This document shows positions 1-14,381 of a stretch of DNA of 64,000 bases, piece after piece. The notes under the pieces are model-generated. The model was not told the DNA's origin. It did no database searches and worked only from the letters and a program-made list of their open reading frames with translations. The position numbers and the translations under genes are program-made. Source of the stretch: Mobula hypostoma (taxonomy: Eukaryota); NCBI RefSeq assembly GCF_963921235.1, contig NC_086100.1, forward strand, positions 153,700,001 through 153,764,000, given 5' to 3'. Numbering within the stretch: the first letter of the stretch is position 1; every line of letters starts with the position of its first letter.

Positions 1-800
1 GCAAAAAGCGTAATTTCCTGGTGGCCAACCATTTTAATTTCTATCTCTATTTCCATTCCAACACATTGGTCAATGGCCTCTTCTGCCATGATGAGGTCAC
101 CCTCAGCAACACTCACAACACGCTGGAGGAACTCAGCAAGTCAGGCAGCATCCATGGAAACGATGAGTCGACGTTTCGGGCTGGAACCTGACCTGCCCTA
201 CCTGCCCAACCTGCTGAGTTCCTCCAGCGTGTTGTGAGTGTTGCTTTGACCCCAGCATCTGCAGATTATTTTGTGTTTACGAGGTCACCCTCAGGTTGGA
301 AGAACAACACGTCATATTCTGTCTAGATAGCCGCCATCCTAATGGCATGAACATCGATTTCTCCAACTGCTGGTAATTTTGTTCTTCCCCTTCCCCTACC
401 CTTTTCTATTCCCCACTCTGGCCTCTTATATCTTCTCTTCACCTGGCTATCACCTCTCCCAGTGCCCTTCCTCCTTCCCTTTCTCCCATGGTTCACTCTC
501 CATTCCTATCAGATTTCTTCCTCACCAGCCCTTCACCTTTTCCACCTATTCCCTTCCAGCTTCTTATTTCACCTCCCCCTCCCCCACCTACCTGGTTTCA
601 CCTATCACCTTCTAGCTTGCCTTCCTTCCCCTGCCCCACCTTCTTATTCTGGCACCTTCCTTCTTCCATTCCAGTCCTGATGAAGAGTCTCGGCCCTCGA
701 CTGTTTATTCATTTCTATAGATGCTGCCTGACCTACTGATTTCCTCAAGCAATTTGTGTGTATTGCTCTGGATTTCTCGCATTTGTAGAATCTCTTCTGT
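1..800 (+). mobile_element. Penelope-like element 3' fragment (GIY-YIG tail plus pyrimidine-rich pseudo-LTR) containing a nested hairpin insertion
   Basis: Decayed VANHFN...RLEEQHVIFCLDSRHPNGMNIDFSN reading resembles the PLE endonuclease C-terminus. It is followed by a C/T-rich tract and cagtcCTGATGAagagtctcggccc...gactg...gatgctgcctgacc. Confidence 0.75.
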
Positions 801-1247
801 TTTTAATTTTCCTTGACTACTGTTTATTAATTATTGAAAGTATTGAGATTTGGGAGAAACGGTTTTTACAGAGATAATGTGATAAAACAACAAATGGATA
901 TAATCAGAGTTGTCAGCCCTGATCCACATGCTCTGTGGTGAGCTCTCGTCTTACTGTTGTTAAATGGAGGGGGTGGGGGAGTTGGAGCTCACTGAAGTCT
1001 TGAATACATGCTGTAAAAACTGGCTCAGGAATTGATAAAGAGGAGTCATTCATCCCACAGAACATTGATTTCCCCATTTATAGTTAGATCATGTTTGATC
1101 TTGAGCCATGATCCACTGTGCACTCCTCAGCCTTGCAGCTAAGTAACTGACTGACTACCAATTCAACAGCAGCTTTGAGCTGAGAGGTAGGGAAAGATTG
1201 CTGAACCAGACTTTTTCATTGTGAACCTTTGTACAGGAATATTGAAA

Positions 1248-1535
1248 ATGCAGATGACATCGTCTGGTATTCATGGCTCTTCAGTAAGACAGAAGATGAC
1301 CCTGTGCCTTGTATCCCTTATTGCTGTCGTCTTTACAGTCACCATGATCTTCAGAAATGAACTTTTAGATGCATTGAGTTGGTTGAGAAGCCCATTAGAC
1401 AGGACATCAGACAACTGCCCACCAGGCTACTTCTGGCTGCGAGGAATGAAGGATTGCTTCCCCTGGTTATCCTGTGAAATGATACAGACCGAGGTTACTG
1501 TGATGGAACCAATTGGACAAGGTGCTGTCAAGCAG
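1248..1535 (+). CDS. POMK: Protein O-mannose kinase, first coding exon (N-terminal TM anchor, Cys-rich stem, Gly-rich loop)
   Basis: Acceptor tttgtacAG ends at 1236, ATG at 1248, donor CAG|GTGGG after 1535 (96 codons, phase 0). Translation has TM LCLVSLIAVVFTVTMIF, CPPGYF...CFPWLSC and IGQGAVKQ, all typical of POMK/SGK196. Confidence 0.95.
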
Positions 1536-3534
1536 GTGGGACTCTATATTTGTCTGATTTTTCATTTCTCTTCCTTTAGATCAGTGTTATTCTTTTTGTT
1601 TTCAAATTTGGTGAACAGTTGTCAAAGGGAGTGAAGCATTTAACTTTTGTGATTCATTTAGAAAGAATAATGTGCATTTACAGAACATTTCGTGATCTTC
1701 TGTTACCTTTAGAAGGTTTCAGTCAATTAAATTTCAAATGTGCTTTTATTATAATTGGAAGATGGCAAGTAATTTGTGGTTACAAAGAGCCTATAAACTA
1801 CAATGCAAAAATAGATATGGAATATGTTTTAATGAGATTGGGTGAGAGATGAAAGTCAGTCAGGGTTTCTTTTGATTCATCTCAAAGACTGCATTGGTAA
1901 TACTGAGCCAATCTCCACAATGAAATGTCAAACCTGGGTATGGGCCCAAGTCTTGGGTTTGTGACTAGATTTGCTTCAAAGGTGATAATATCACTATTTA
2001 GGCTAGGTGTGATTTACTTCTTTCCACCTGTTCAGATGAAAGACCTGCCTCTGTAAAACCTGTCTAATTCTACTTTTGAAGGCCTATTTGGACCCTTTCC
2101 CAAAACCGATAGGAACTTATATAACATTTAAGGAGAATTCCACATGTCGTAAGATTCGAATCCAATGCAGTGTGTCATGAGATCACTCCATCCATTAGCC
2201 CCAAATTTGGAGGAGTTTAACTATTTGTTCCTTGCAGGGATTGCTACAGACTGTGCCAAAATAAAGCCTTTTGCCATTGAATATTTCTGAGACAGAAGCA
2301 GCATGAATGCCGTTCCTTATAATCCCCTGTGTAAATAGCCTCACACCCTGCTGACAGCTCAGTGTTCCCTGCTTTAGAATGATGCTCTCTCTCATTATCT
2401 CCCTTTCCTCAGTGCTCAGATCCAGCTTGGTTCCATGGGAACTCTTATATTCTCACTGCCTGTCAGCTGTCTAACAGTTGGCTCTTCATTGTTCACTTGC
2501 ACATCAGGCCCAAAAGTGAACTCATATACTGACCTGTAACTGCAGGCATCGGACAGATCGACTAGCTAATGGCCTCACTATGCATAATAAAACTGCAGTA
2601 CATAAACAGAAAATAATACTGCTGTTGTAGGCATGAGGATCTGTGAACATACTGTATATCTAACTTGCTAATGATGTTGGATCACGGCGTAATTCAAACT
2701 GATTCATGTGTATGGTCCTGAAGGTGTAGCGTTCTGCAGGTGAGATGTGAAACCAAGACCTTGTATACCACCAGACTTTAAAAAGGCCCGTGTGTTTTTT
2801 TGAAAGTGGGAAATTGGTCCATGTCCTGACCAATTTTCATTTCTCACGAAATCATTAAAACTGATTACCCGCCATGGTCATCTTCATCACACCTACTTAT
2901 AAGTAAATAGGCTGTATCATTTGTGGAACTTCAGAACTATGACTGACTGTGGCATTTTGCCATTCCAGACTATTGCATAAGGATCAATGGAAATACAAGT
3001 CTATTTTTTCCTGTAATATACCAGCACTGTCTCCAACACTTGGGAGATTGTGAAATTGTGCCCTGAGAAATTTGAGAACCCAAGATCAGTCATAAGTAGA
3101 AAGAAATGAGTTTTACTGTAAATCTATTTATTGTATCAGCCACCTTTTTGCATTCTGTATGTTAACTTCTCACTAAATACTGAATGAGCCAAGTATTTTT
3201 AAAATTGGAAACATGTTACGCTCTAATTAGCAGTGTCCAATGGTCATTTCATTGAGCTAAGGTTAAGATGTAATTTGGAGAACTTTCAGTTCCTGATATT
3301 TGTACCAACTTGTTAAATCCAACTGTACAAATGGATGTTTCATGGATGCAGTCCCCTAGCATTTGATGTTGGAGGCTGGCAGGAAAGAGATGCGGTACAG
3401 GGCAAGATATTCAGATAACTTTAAAGAAATAAAAGGTGAGAAGAGGGTCTTGTGGAGCAAAAACACCCAGTTAGGCTGGGTGATCTGGTCCTGAGTTGTT
3501 ATGGCCAGGTGGGTGTGTACCCAACAATCATTGC

Positions 3535-3970
3535 TTCCTCTCAGACTGACATACAAGATGTTGGAGGAATTCAGCAGGTTAGGTAGCTTTTCTTTAGCAG
3601 AATTGACAGTCAACATCTTGGACTTATCTTCATCTGGACTGAAAGATAGAGGGGAGATAACCAGTATTAAAAAAAAAGGTGAAGTGGAAGGACTGGACAC
3701 AAACTAGCAAGTAACAGATGGATCCAGATGAGGAGGGGTGATAGAAGAAGAAAAAGATGGAATAGGCAAAAGGAGGGGGGCAGAGTGGACTCATGTTCTT
3801 ATTTTAGATCCACCTATTGCTTGCCAGCCTTCTCCCCACTTTCACTCACCCCTTTATATGGCTGTCTCCCCTCTAATCTTTCAGCTCAGATGAAGGGTCT
3901 TGACCTGAAACATCGACCGAGTCTGTAGCATCTTGCTTGAGATTCCAGCAACTGCAGTTTATTGAGTCTC
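3535..3970. mobile_element. Penelope-like pseudo-LTR fragments in inverted arrangement
   Basis: gatgttggaggaattcagcaggttaggtagc...tcttcatctggactg (minus-strand terminus) followed by a plus-strand copy, cagatgaagggtcttgacctgaaacatcgac. Confidence 0.6.
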
Positions 3971-4336
3971 CTATCAGACTAACTGGGCAGTTTACACAGA
4001 ACAGTTAAGTCAATTTATGCAAAACAACAGCATAAGACATAGGATTTGTGGTAAAGATGAAACTAAAACTAATTTTAAGAGGATTGTTACAGGTTATTTG
4101 GCTGTTCCAATTCAAAGGAGACAGTGATGGGTGATTTCTGTTGCTTTGGTTGACTTGAACAGTCCCTGGCTAAACCATTTAGGTGCACACATTAATGGAA
4201 TAACTGCTTTGAATTATACAGAGCCTTTAATGGCGTAAAACAGTCCAAGACAATTCACAAGAATGCAACTGGGCAAAAATATTGATACCAAACCAAAGTA
4301 GGAATCACTAGGAAGAGTGACAAAGAAGGTAGGGCT

Positions 4337-5247
4337 GAATTGAATTGACATTATTGCTTACACCCTTCATATACATGAGGAGTAAAAATCTTTATGTTAC
4401 GTCTCCGTCTAAATGTGCAATGTGCAATTACAATAATTTATAATAAATGTTATGTACAAAAGAATAGTCAATATAACATAGAAATACTGTACAATTGCAT
4501 CAGCATGAATTAAGCAGTCTGATAACCTGGTGGAAGAAGCTGTCCTGGAACCTATTGGTCCTGGTTTTTATGCTGTGGTATTATTTCCTGTATGGTAGCA
4601 GCTGGAACAGTTTGTGGTTGGGGTGACTCGGATCTCTAATCATCCTTCGGGCCCTTTTAACACACCTGTCTTTGTAAATGTCCTGGATAGTGGGAAGTTC
4701 ACATCTACAGATGCGCTGGGTTGTCTGCACCACTCTCTGCAGAGTCCTGTGATTGAGGGAAGTACAGTTCCCATACCAGACAGTGATGCAGCCAGTCAGG
4801 ATGCTCCCAATCGTGCCCCTATAGAAAGTTCTTAGAATTTGGGGGGCCATACCAAATGTCTTCAACTGTCTAAGGTGAAAGAGGCACTGTTGTGCCTTTT
4901 TCACCACACAGTCGGTAGTACAGACCACATGAGATCCTCGGTGATGTTTATGCTGATGAACTTAAAGCTGTTCACCCTCTCAACCACAGATTCATTGATG
5001 TCAATGGGGGTTAGTCTGTCTCCATTGCTCTTGTAGTTCATAACCAGCTCCTTTGTTTTTGCGATGTTGAGGGAGAGGTTATTTTCTTGATTCCACTGTG
5101 TCAGGGTGATGACTTCCTCTCTGTAGGCTGCCTCATTATTATTTGAGATTAGGCCAGTCAGTGTAGTGTTGTCAGCAAATTTAATTAGCAGATTGGAGGT
5201 GTGGGTGGCAACACAGTCATGGGTATACCGAGAGTAAAGGAGTAAAG
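4337..5247 (-). mobile_element. Rex1/Babar-type LINE, 5'-truncated
   Basis: ORFs 4901-5323 (PLLLYSRYTHDC...KFADNTT, RT motif) and 4581-4928 (KKAQQCLFHLRQL...[19 protein letters not shown]); (TTCAA)n-type tail near 4337-4348. Confidence 0.85.
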
Positions 5248-5558
5248 GAAATCGAGAGTGGTGCTGAGGTTTCGAAAGTGAATTTGAAAGCTTATGGCTA
5301 GAATGGGTGAAGGCTGGAGACAAGGAAATTAGTAAACAGCCAGGAGACAGAGTTGACAGAATGCAGAATTCATATACAGTATGGCTGTGTGCTGTAAAGA
5401 TAGGGAACAGGAATGTACGGAAGTTTTCAACATGAGGATAAGTAGTTCCTTCAGGAAATTAATATATAGAGTCATAGAACTCTACGGCACAGAAAAAGGA
5501 CCATTTAGTCCATGCTGAACTGTTATTGTGCCTAGTACCATTGACACGCTATAATTAA

Positions 5559-6413
<855 letters not shown>

Positions 6414-6847
6414 TAAATGATGTGATCCTGCTCTTAAAGAATGCTGTAATTCACCTCAGATAAATTCCCTTCAATACAAACTGACTCTGTTTGTCAATAC
6501 AGGACAAGGCAAAGATTGAGTAATTCTTGATACCATCTTTTGTCTTCTTAATTGCATGCAGATAGGCCTAATTTTATCCATTAAAGATTGCTCAGGAATC
6601 TAATGTTCTCTCTTAACTGACAATTCTGATGTTTCTCCACTCCATCCAACAGCTAATATTATATCCACAGACCCTTACCCCATACATGATCAGACCTTGT
6701 GACATATTAAGCCAATGCCCCTCTCCCACTCAGCTCATTTCCCCATCTTTTGATGTCTGATTACTGATTATCACACCACTCAGCACACTATATCCAGAGC
6801 CTGCAACTGAATTCCTCCTTCCTCCACTTCCATCAGGACTTTGAGAT

Positions 6848-7170
6848 GACACAGTGGTGCGTCTAGAAGAGCTGCTGCCTTGCAGTGGCAGAGACATGGG
6901 TTCAATCCTAACCTTGGGTGCTTTCTGTGAGGAGTTTGCATGACCTCCTTTTGACCATGCATGGATTTCCTTCATGTGCCCTGATTTCCTTCCATGTGCC
7001 AAGCTGTAGGTTGGTAGGTTAATTGAGATTTGTAGATTTCCTCCAGCATGTAGGGAGGTGGAGAAAGCAGCATGCTGAGAAAAATATAATGTGATGAATG
7101 TGGATGTTAATTTAAATGGTTAGTGGCTAGCATGAATCCAGTGGGCTGATAGGCCTGAATCCATACTATA
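6848..7170 (+). mobile_element. V-SINE-type (HE1-like) tRNA-derived SINE
   Basis: B-box-like GGTTCAATCC followed by the V-SINE central domain gaggagtttgcatg...gatttcc...gatttccttcca. Confidence 0.65.
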
Positions 7171-8879
7171 ACATACTTTTTCACTCAGTCCTTTCCACAG
7201 TATTGTCATGCCCAATGGTATTACTCTCACTGTACTCCACAAAACGCCCATGAACTGGGACTCCCATTGCATCCACACCTTCCCTGCATTTTTGTGCCTT
7301 CTCCCATTTCCATCTGATCGTTATCCCTCTGCCTGGACTTCATTAGACATGTACGCATTCTAACCACCGCAATTTCCCCTGCTGTTGCCACACCATAGGA
7401 CTCTTCTGCTCTTTCTGTAAGTATTGTTGTTAGGTTACTCTCATTAACTCCATTCTGCTTCTCCGTTCACACCCCAGAACATTTCCCCGCCTGTGATCAA
7501 CAGCCCGGTCCTCCCACGCCTCTATATTCAATTAAAATTATGTATAAACGATAAATCACACTAAGTGGATAAACTGCATTCTACATAAAACACTAATGTG
7601 GAAGAAATTATATACTTTTGAAAAAGAATACACCAGACTGTTTCTTGTGATGGTAAGGTTGTACTAAGAGGAGAAGTTAAACACACGAGGCTTGAACTCT
7701 CCAGACCTGACAGATGACCTGATCAAAACATATACATTCTTTTGGGCTTTAACAATGTTGCCATTTAATTGCAGCACATGACAAAACACACCATCAACAG
7801 ATTATCTAACAACTACTCTACTAATGCAATTAGTTCAAACAATTTAATGATTCACCACGTTTTCAAACCAGACTCATTAACTCGTTTCACAACTCTTTCA
7901 GTTATGCAACTCTTTCATGTACTTCAATAACTTTTCAAAACCTATACCTGTATTCAGATACTATGCCACTGTTGGCCAGAGTTCAATGTTGTTGAGTTCT
8001 TTTCTGAGAACCTGACTCAAGGTTTTGCATTTGTTGGTCTCTGGAGTCACTGCTCCTGATGCCTTCAACAATCCTCATATGAGGTTTTTCTTTGAGTCTT
8101 TGAAAGGCTTTCTTTGTATTTCACATTCAGTGCTGTTGTCTTTCACTTCACTTCTACTTCCTTCACATCTGTTTTCTGATAGCATTTAATCGCTCAGCCT
8201 CCCATAGATCCTAAAAATTTGTAGTCACACAACCACTCCCTTATCCATACAAATATGTTTCTTTTAACCCATTCAAATTCCTCCTAATGCCATTCCACAA
8301 AAACCTTGACCATTTGGTTCCTTATTTATCAGAATGTCTGTGCCTTTTGCAATTTATTTGACTATTCCTTCCACAAGTTGTCAGTTTCCAAAATATCCCC
8401 ATTTGTGTGTTCTGTTCTCTGGATGGCTCACCGTGAGATTGTTTGCAGGGCTGTAAGTCTGTCTCTGCTACTTTCTCATGCTGGCACTGAGTGAATCTTG
8501 ATCATGTGACCTTCCTTAACTGCTTCTTTGTTCTTATTTCACAACATCTCTTTCTCGTCAACAGAGAGTCCTCTCAGAGCCTGATGGGATACTTGTTGTC
8601 TCTCTGGCTGCTACAGCAGGGTAGATGCTTTCATCTAAGCTGTCCAGCCATCAGCATTGAGAAGAATTATGTATGTTTTTGCCCAAGAGGGATGAGAAAG
8701 CTAAGACACTGAGTATATCCAAGACGGAGATTGGTAAATTTATGAACATTAAGGGAGTCAATGAACAAAGGGTTAGTACGACAAAGTGGTACAGTACTGA
8801 GGTAATGTAAAATAACCAGCCATGATCTTTGAGAGGCCTACTGCCTTCCTCCTGATTTTATTTCTTATGTATTTACATG

Positions 8880-11146
8880 CTTATGACACTGTCGCTGGTT
8901 GCAACTTAGGTAGATGAACGTAGCCAGGTACAGATTGGCATGTATGATGTAGGCATCACTGAATCATGGCTAAAGGAAGTTTATAGCTGAGAGCTTAATG
9001 TCCAAAGATGCACATTATATTGAAAGGACAGGCATGAATGCAAAGGGAGCTATGTTTCTCTGTTGGTAAAAAATAAAATGAAATCATTAGAAAGAGGTGA
9101 GACAGGGTCAGAAGGTGTTGAATCATTATGGATAGAGCTAAGGAATTGCAAGGGTAAAAAGACCCTGATGGGAGTTGTATATAGACCCCCAAAGAGTCGT
9201 AAGGATGTGATCTACAAATTACAACAGGAGATAGAAAATGCATGCCCAAAGGGCAATGCTACAATAGTCATGGGGGATTTCAGTATGTAGGTAGATTGGG
9301 AAAATCAGATTGGTACTGGATTCTAAGAGAGGGAATTTCTAGACTGTCTATGAGATGGCTTTTTAGAGCAGCTTGTGGTTGAGCCCACTAGGGGATCAGC
9401 TATTCTGGATTGGCTGTTGTGCAATGAAACAGAATTGATTAGAGAGCTTAAGGTAAAAGAACCCGGAGGAGTAAGTGGTCATAATATGATTGAATTCACC
9501 CTGAAATTTGAGTAGAGGCTAAAGTCAGATGTATTAGTATTACAGTGGAGAAAAAGGAATTACAGAGGCATGAGAGAGGAATTGGCCAGAATTGATTGGA
9601 AAGTAATGGCTGGAATGGCTGGAAGTTTTAGATGCAATTCAGAAGGCACAGAATGTATACATACTAAATAGGAAGACATTTTCTAAAGGCAAGAAGGCAC
9701 AAGCGTGGTTAACAAGAGAAGTCAAAGCCAACATAAAAGCTAAAGAGAGGGCATATAATAGAGCAAAAATTAGTGGGAATTTAGAGGATTGGGATGCTTT
9801 TAAAAAAACAGAAGGCAACTAAAAAAGTCATTAAGAAGGTAAAGTTGGAATATGAAGGTAAGCTAGCCAATAATGTTAAAGAGGATAGCAAAAGTTTCTT
9901 CAGATACATGAAGTGTAAAACAGAGGTGAGAGTGGATATTGGACTGCTGAAAAATAATGCTAGAGAGGTAGTAATGATGGAAAGGAAATGCTGATGAACT
10001 GAATAAATACTTCGTGCCAGTCATTACTGTGGAAGACACTAGCTGTATGGCGGAAGTTTTAAGTGTTGGGGTAATGAAGTGTGTGAAGTTACCATTACTA
10101 GAGGGAAAGTTCTTGGAAAACTGAAACTAGTGGTGTTCCCCAGCAGTCTGTTTTTGACTGATTGTTTTTACGTTATATGTCAATGATTTGTATGATGGAA
10201 TTGATGGCTTTGTTGCAAAGTTTGCAGATATGAAGATAGGTGGAGGGGCAGGTAGTTTTGAGGAAGTAGAAAGACTACAGAAGGACTTAGACAGAGTAGG
10301 AGAATGGGCAAAGAAGTGACAGATGGAATACATTGTTGGGAAGTGTATGGTCATGCAATTTGGTAGAAGAAATAAAAGAGTTGACTATTTTCTAAATGGA
10401 GAGAAAATATAAAAACTAAGGCACAAAGGGAATCCTTGTGCAGGATTCTCTAAAGGTTAATTTGCAAGTGGAGTCTGTGCTGAGGAAGGGAAATGCGATG
10501 TTAGCATTCATTTCAAGAGTACTAGAATATAAGAATAAGGATGTAATGTTGGGACTTCATAAAGCATTGGTGAGGTCTCACTTGGAGTATTGTGAGCAGG
10601 TTTGGGCCACTTATCTTGGAAAGGATGTGCTGAAACTGAAGACGGTTCAAAGGAAGTTCTTGAAAATGATTCCAGGATTGAATGGCTTGTCATCTGAAGA
10701 GTGTATGATGGCTCTGGGCCTGTATTCACTGTAATTCAGAAGAATGAGGGTGACCTAATTGAAACAGATTGAACGGTGAAAAGCCTTGATAGAGTGGATG
10801 TGGAGAGGATGTTTCCTATTATGAGTGTGTATATGACCAGAGGACACAGCCTCAGAATAGAGGGGTGTCCTTTTAGGATGGAGCTGAGGAAGAATTTCTT
10901 TAGCCAGAGAGTGGTGGTGAATCTGTGGAATTCTTTGTCACAGGCAGCTGTGGAGCCAAGTCTTTATGTATATTTAAGGCAGAGGTTCATGGATTCTTGA
11001 TTGGTCAGGGCATGAAGGGATACGGGGGGCGGTGGGGGAAGGTGGGAGATTGGGGCTGAGGGGGAAAATGGATCAGCCATGATGAAATGGTGGAATGGAC
11101 TCAATGGGCTAAATGGCCTAATTTTGCTCCTATATCTTATGGTCTT
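8880..11146 (+). mobile_element. CR1 LINE ORF2 remnant with internal deletions
   Basis: APE motifs GVVYRPP and MGDFS; RT 3' part KALVRSHLEYC and TRGHSLRI...FFSQRVV.NLWN; CR1 3' tail cctaattttgctcctatatcttatggtctta. Confidence 0.9.
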
Positions 11147-12644
11147 AGAGACCGTGGCATCATTTGTGCAACTACCCCGCTAAGCTGCAAAGAAATTTGA
11201 ACATTTCAATAAAATCACCTCTCAATCTTCTCAAATCTAGAACCGATATCCTCACAGTAATCTATTCTCATCCTAACAATCAACCCAGTATCCCTCAAAG
11301 ACACTTGCCTTCTATTAATTCCAGTGACTATAAATTCAACTTTTCCCAAAGTGGTCTCAGCAAGTCCCAATACAATAGTAGTAAGTCTTCTGTACATTTG
11401 TGGTCCATTCACTTAGTCACGAAGGCCAATATTAACTGTTTCTTCTATCCGCATGTTAACTTCTGTGTTGCATGAAGCACTGAAGCAAGAGCCATCCGCA
11501 TACCAATAATTATTCAGTTGGACAAATATTGCCTTCCTATTATCAAATGTTGAGTTTTAATCTCCATATAATTTGTAATCCAAACCTATGGGCTGCCCTA
11601 TCCTGAATTGTTGAGAGATACCAGTTTTAAATTTTTAACTATGTCAGAGAGTCATACAAGGTGGAAGCAATGTGACCACCAGTCTGGTCATCAAAAACCT
11701 ACCTCTGCTAATCCCAGTTCTCAGCATTGGACCTCTAGAAATCTATGACGTGGTGCTTTAAATGCATATGCAGTGCTACTTACCTCTTATATGATATGAG
11801 AATACTTGATTCCACTACCCCTCAACCTGTGAATTTCAGAGTTCAATACTGAACTCTGTAAAAAAATATCTTTCTAAATCCCCTATCTCTTAACTTAAAC
11901 AGATACATGAGTATGAATATCTCTGCCAAGGGTTAAGTTTCTCCCCATCTACTCTCCCTATATACCCCTCATAGTTTTGCTTATCTGATCCTAGTCACCC
12001 TTCAGTCTTTTCTGCTCCAAAGAAGACTAATTCAGTTTATGCAGTGTCTCATGCAAGGTAGGTTTTCTATGTTTCTATGAAAAATGGAAGAATTGTATTC
12101 AGTTTACTATTTAGTCTGCCCTTATACCATTTGGTCTGAACATGTGAGCACTCAAACTCAAATCATAAGATTAAAGTATGAGAAAGAATGTCAAAGCTTT
12201 GCAGAGGGTGCAGGGAAAATTTACTGGTCTAACATCAGAAGAATCTTTATTATGAGGAGATTCAAAATCTGGGAATATTGTCCGGATTATCAGAGGTTCA
12301 GGGAAGACATTGAATATTATTAATAGAATGGAGAAAGAGTTTTGTAAAGAAAGATTATATTCATTGGCAAGTGGATTATGAACCAGATTATGTATCCCAA
12401 TTGGCAAAACAAACCGTAAGTGATTTTCTCACATTGATGTTTTAGAATATACCACTTAAAGGGGTAGAGAAGCAGATACCACAGGACGTTTCAAAAGGAA
12501 GTTAGAGGATGATTTGCATGGTTTTCACTGCACATTTGGATACCAAACATTTTGTGGAATCCCTATGATGTCTTGATTTGCTGTGGACATCCTTGGCCTG
12601 GTGGGATTGTTTTACCCTGTGTTTGAATGATGGAGCCAAGAAGA

Positions 12645-14381
12645 AGAATCAGGATCAGAATCAGGTTTACTATTGCCGGCATGTGGCGTGAAATTTGTTA
12701 ACTTGGCAGCAGCAGTTCAATGTAATACATATCAAAATAAATAAATAAATAAATAAATAAATAAATTACAGTATACGTATATTGAATAGATTAAAAATCA
12801 TGCAAAAACATAAATAATATATATTTAAAAAGTGAGGTGGTGTCCAAGGATTCAATGTCCATTTCAGAATCAGATGACAGAGGGGAAGAAGCTGTATGAG
12901 TGTGTGCCTTCCGGCTTCTGTACCTCCTACCTGATGGTAGCAGTGAAAAAAGGGCATGCCCCCAGGTGCTGGAGGTCCTTAATATCTGCCTTTCTGAGAC
13001 ACCACTCCTTGAAGATGTCCTAGGTACTTTGTAGACTAGTACCCAAGATGGAGCTGACTGGATTTACAACCCTCTGCAGCTTCTTTTGGTCCTGTGCAGT
13101 AGCCTCTCCATACCAGACAGTGATGCAGCCTGTCAGAATGCTCTCCACTGTACATCTATAGAAGTTTTTGTTGACAAATCTCTTCAAACTCCTAATGAAG
13201 TATAACCACTGTCTTGCCTTCTTTATAACTACGTTGATATGTTGGGACCAGGTTAGGTCCTCAGAGATCTTGACACCCAGGAACTCGAAACTGCTCACTC
13301 TCTTCACTTCTGATCCCTCTATTGGTATGTGTTCCTCCATCTTACCCTTCCTGAAGTCCACATTCGGCTCTTTCATCTTACTGACGTTGAGTGCAAGGTT
13401 GGTGCTGTGACACCACTCCACTAGTTGGTACATCTTGCTCCTGTATGCCCTCTCATCTCCATCTGAGATTCTACCAACAACAATTGTATCATCATCAAAT
13501 TTATAGATGATATTTGAGCTATGCCTAGCCACACAGTCATGAGTATATAGAGAGTAGAGCAGTGGGCTAAGCACACACCCCTGAGGTGTGCCTGTGTTGA
13601 TCGTCAGTGAGGAGGAGGTGTTATTACCAATCCGCACAGATTGTGGTCTTCCGGTTAGGATGTCAAGGATTCAGTTGCAGAGGGAGGTACAGAGGCCCAG
13701 GATTGTGGGAATGATGGTATTAAATGCTGAGCTATAGTCGATGAACAGCATCCTGATATAAGTGTTTGTGTTGTCCAGGTAGTCTAAAGCCGTGTGAAGA
13801 GCCATTGAGATTGCATCTGCCATTGACCTATTGTGGCGATAAGCAAATTGCACTGGGTTCAGGTCCTTGCTGAGGCAGGAACTGAGTCTAGTCATAGCCA
13901 ACCTCTCAAAGTATTTCATCACTGTCGATGTGAGTGCTACTGACTGATAGTCATTAAGGCAGCTCACATTATTATTCTTAGGCACTGGTATAATTGTTGC
14001 CTTTTTGAAGCAAGTGGGAACTTCCGCCCGTAGCAGTGATAGGTTGAAAATGTCCTTGAATACTGCCACCAGTTGGTTGGCACAGGTTTTCAGAGCCTTA
14101 CCAGGTACTCCATCGGGACCTTCTGCCTTGAGAAGGTTCACTCTCGTTAAAGACAGCCTAACATCTGCTTCTGAGACAGAGATCACAGGGTCATTAAGTG
14201 CAGCAGGGATCTTCACAGCTGTAGTTATATTCTTCCTTTCAAAGCGGGCATAGAAGGCATTGAGTTCATCTGGTAGTGAAGCATTGCTGCCAATCATGCT
14301 ATTGGGTTTCACTTTGTAGGAAGTAATGCCTTGCAAAACATGCCAAGAGTTGTCGTGCATACGATGTCACCTCCAACCTCA
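12645..14381 (-). mobile_element. Rex1/Babar-type LINE fragment (RT)
   Basis: ORFs 13671-14360 (GPDGVPG...QFAYR...FIDYSSAFNTI) and 13020-13637 ([20 protein letters not shown]...KFDDDT); (GATTCT)n tail near 12646-12663; internal (AAAT)n at 12735-12766. Confidence 0.9.
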
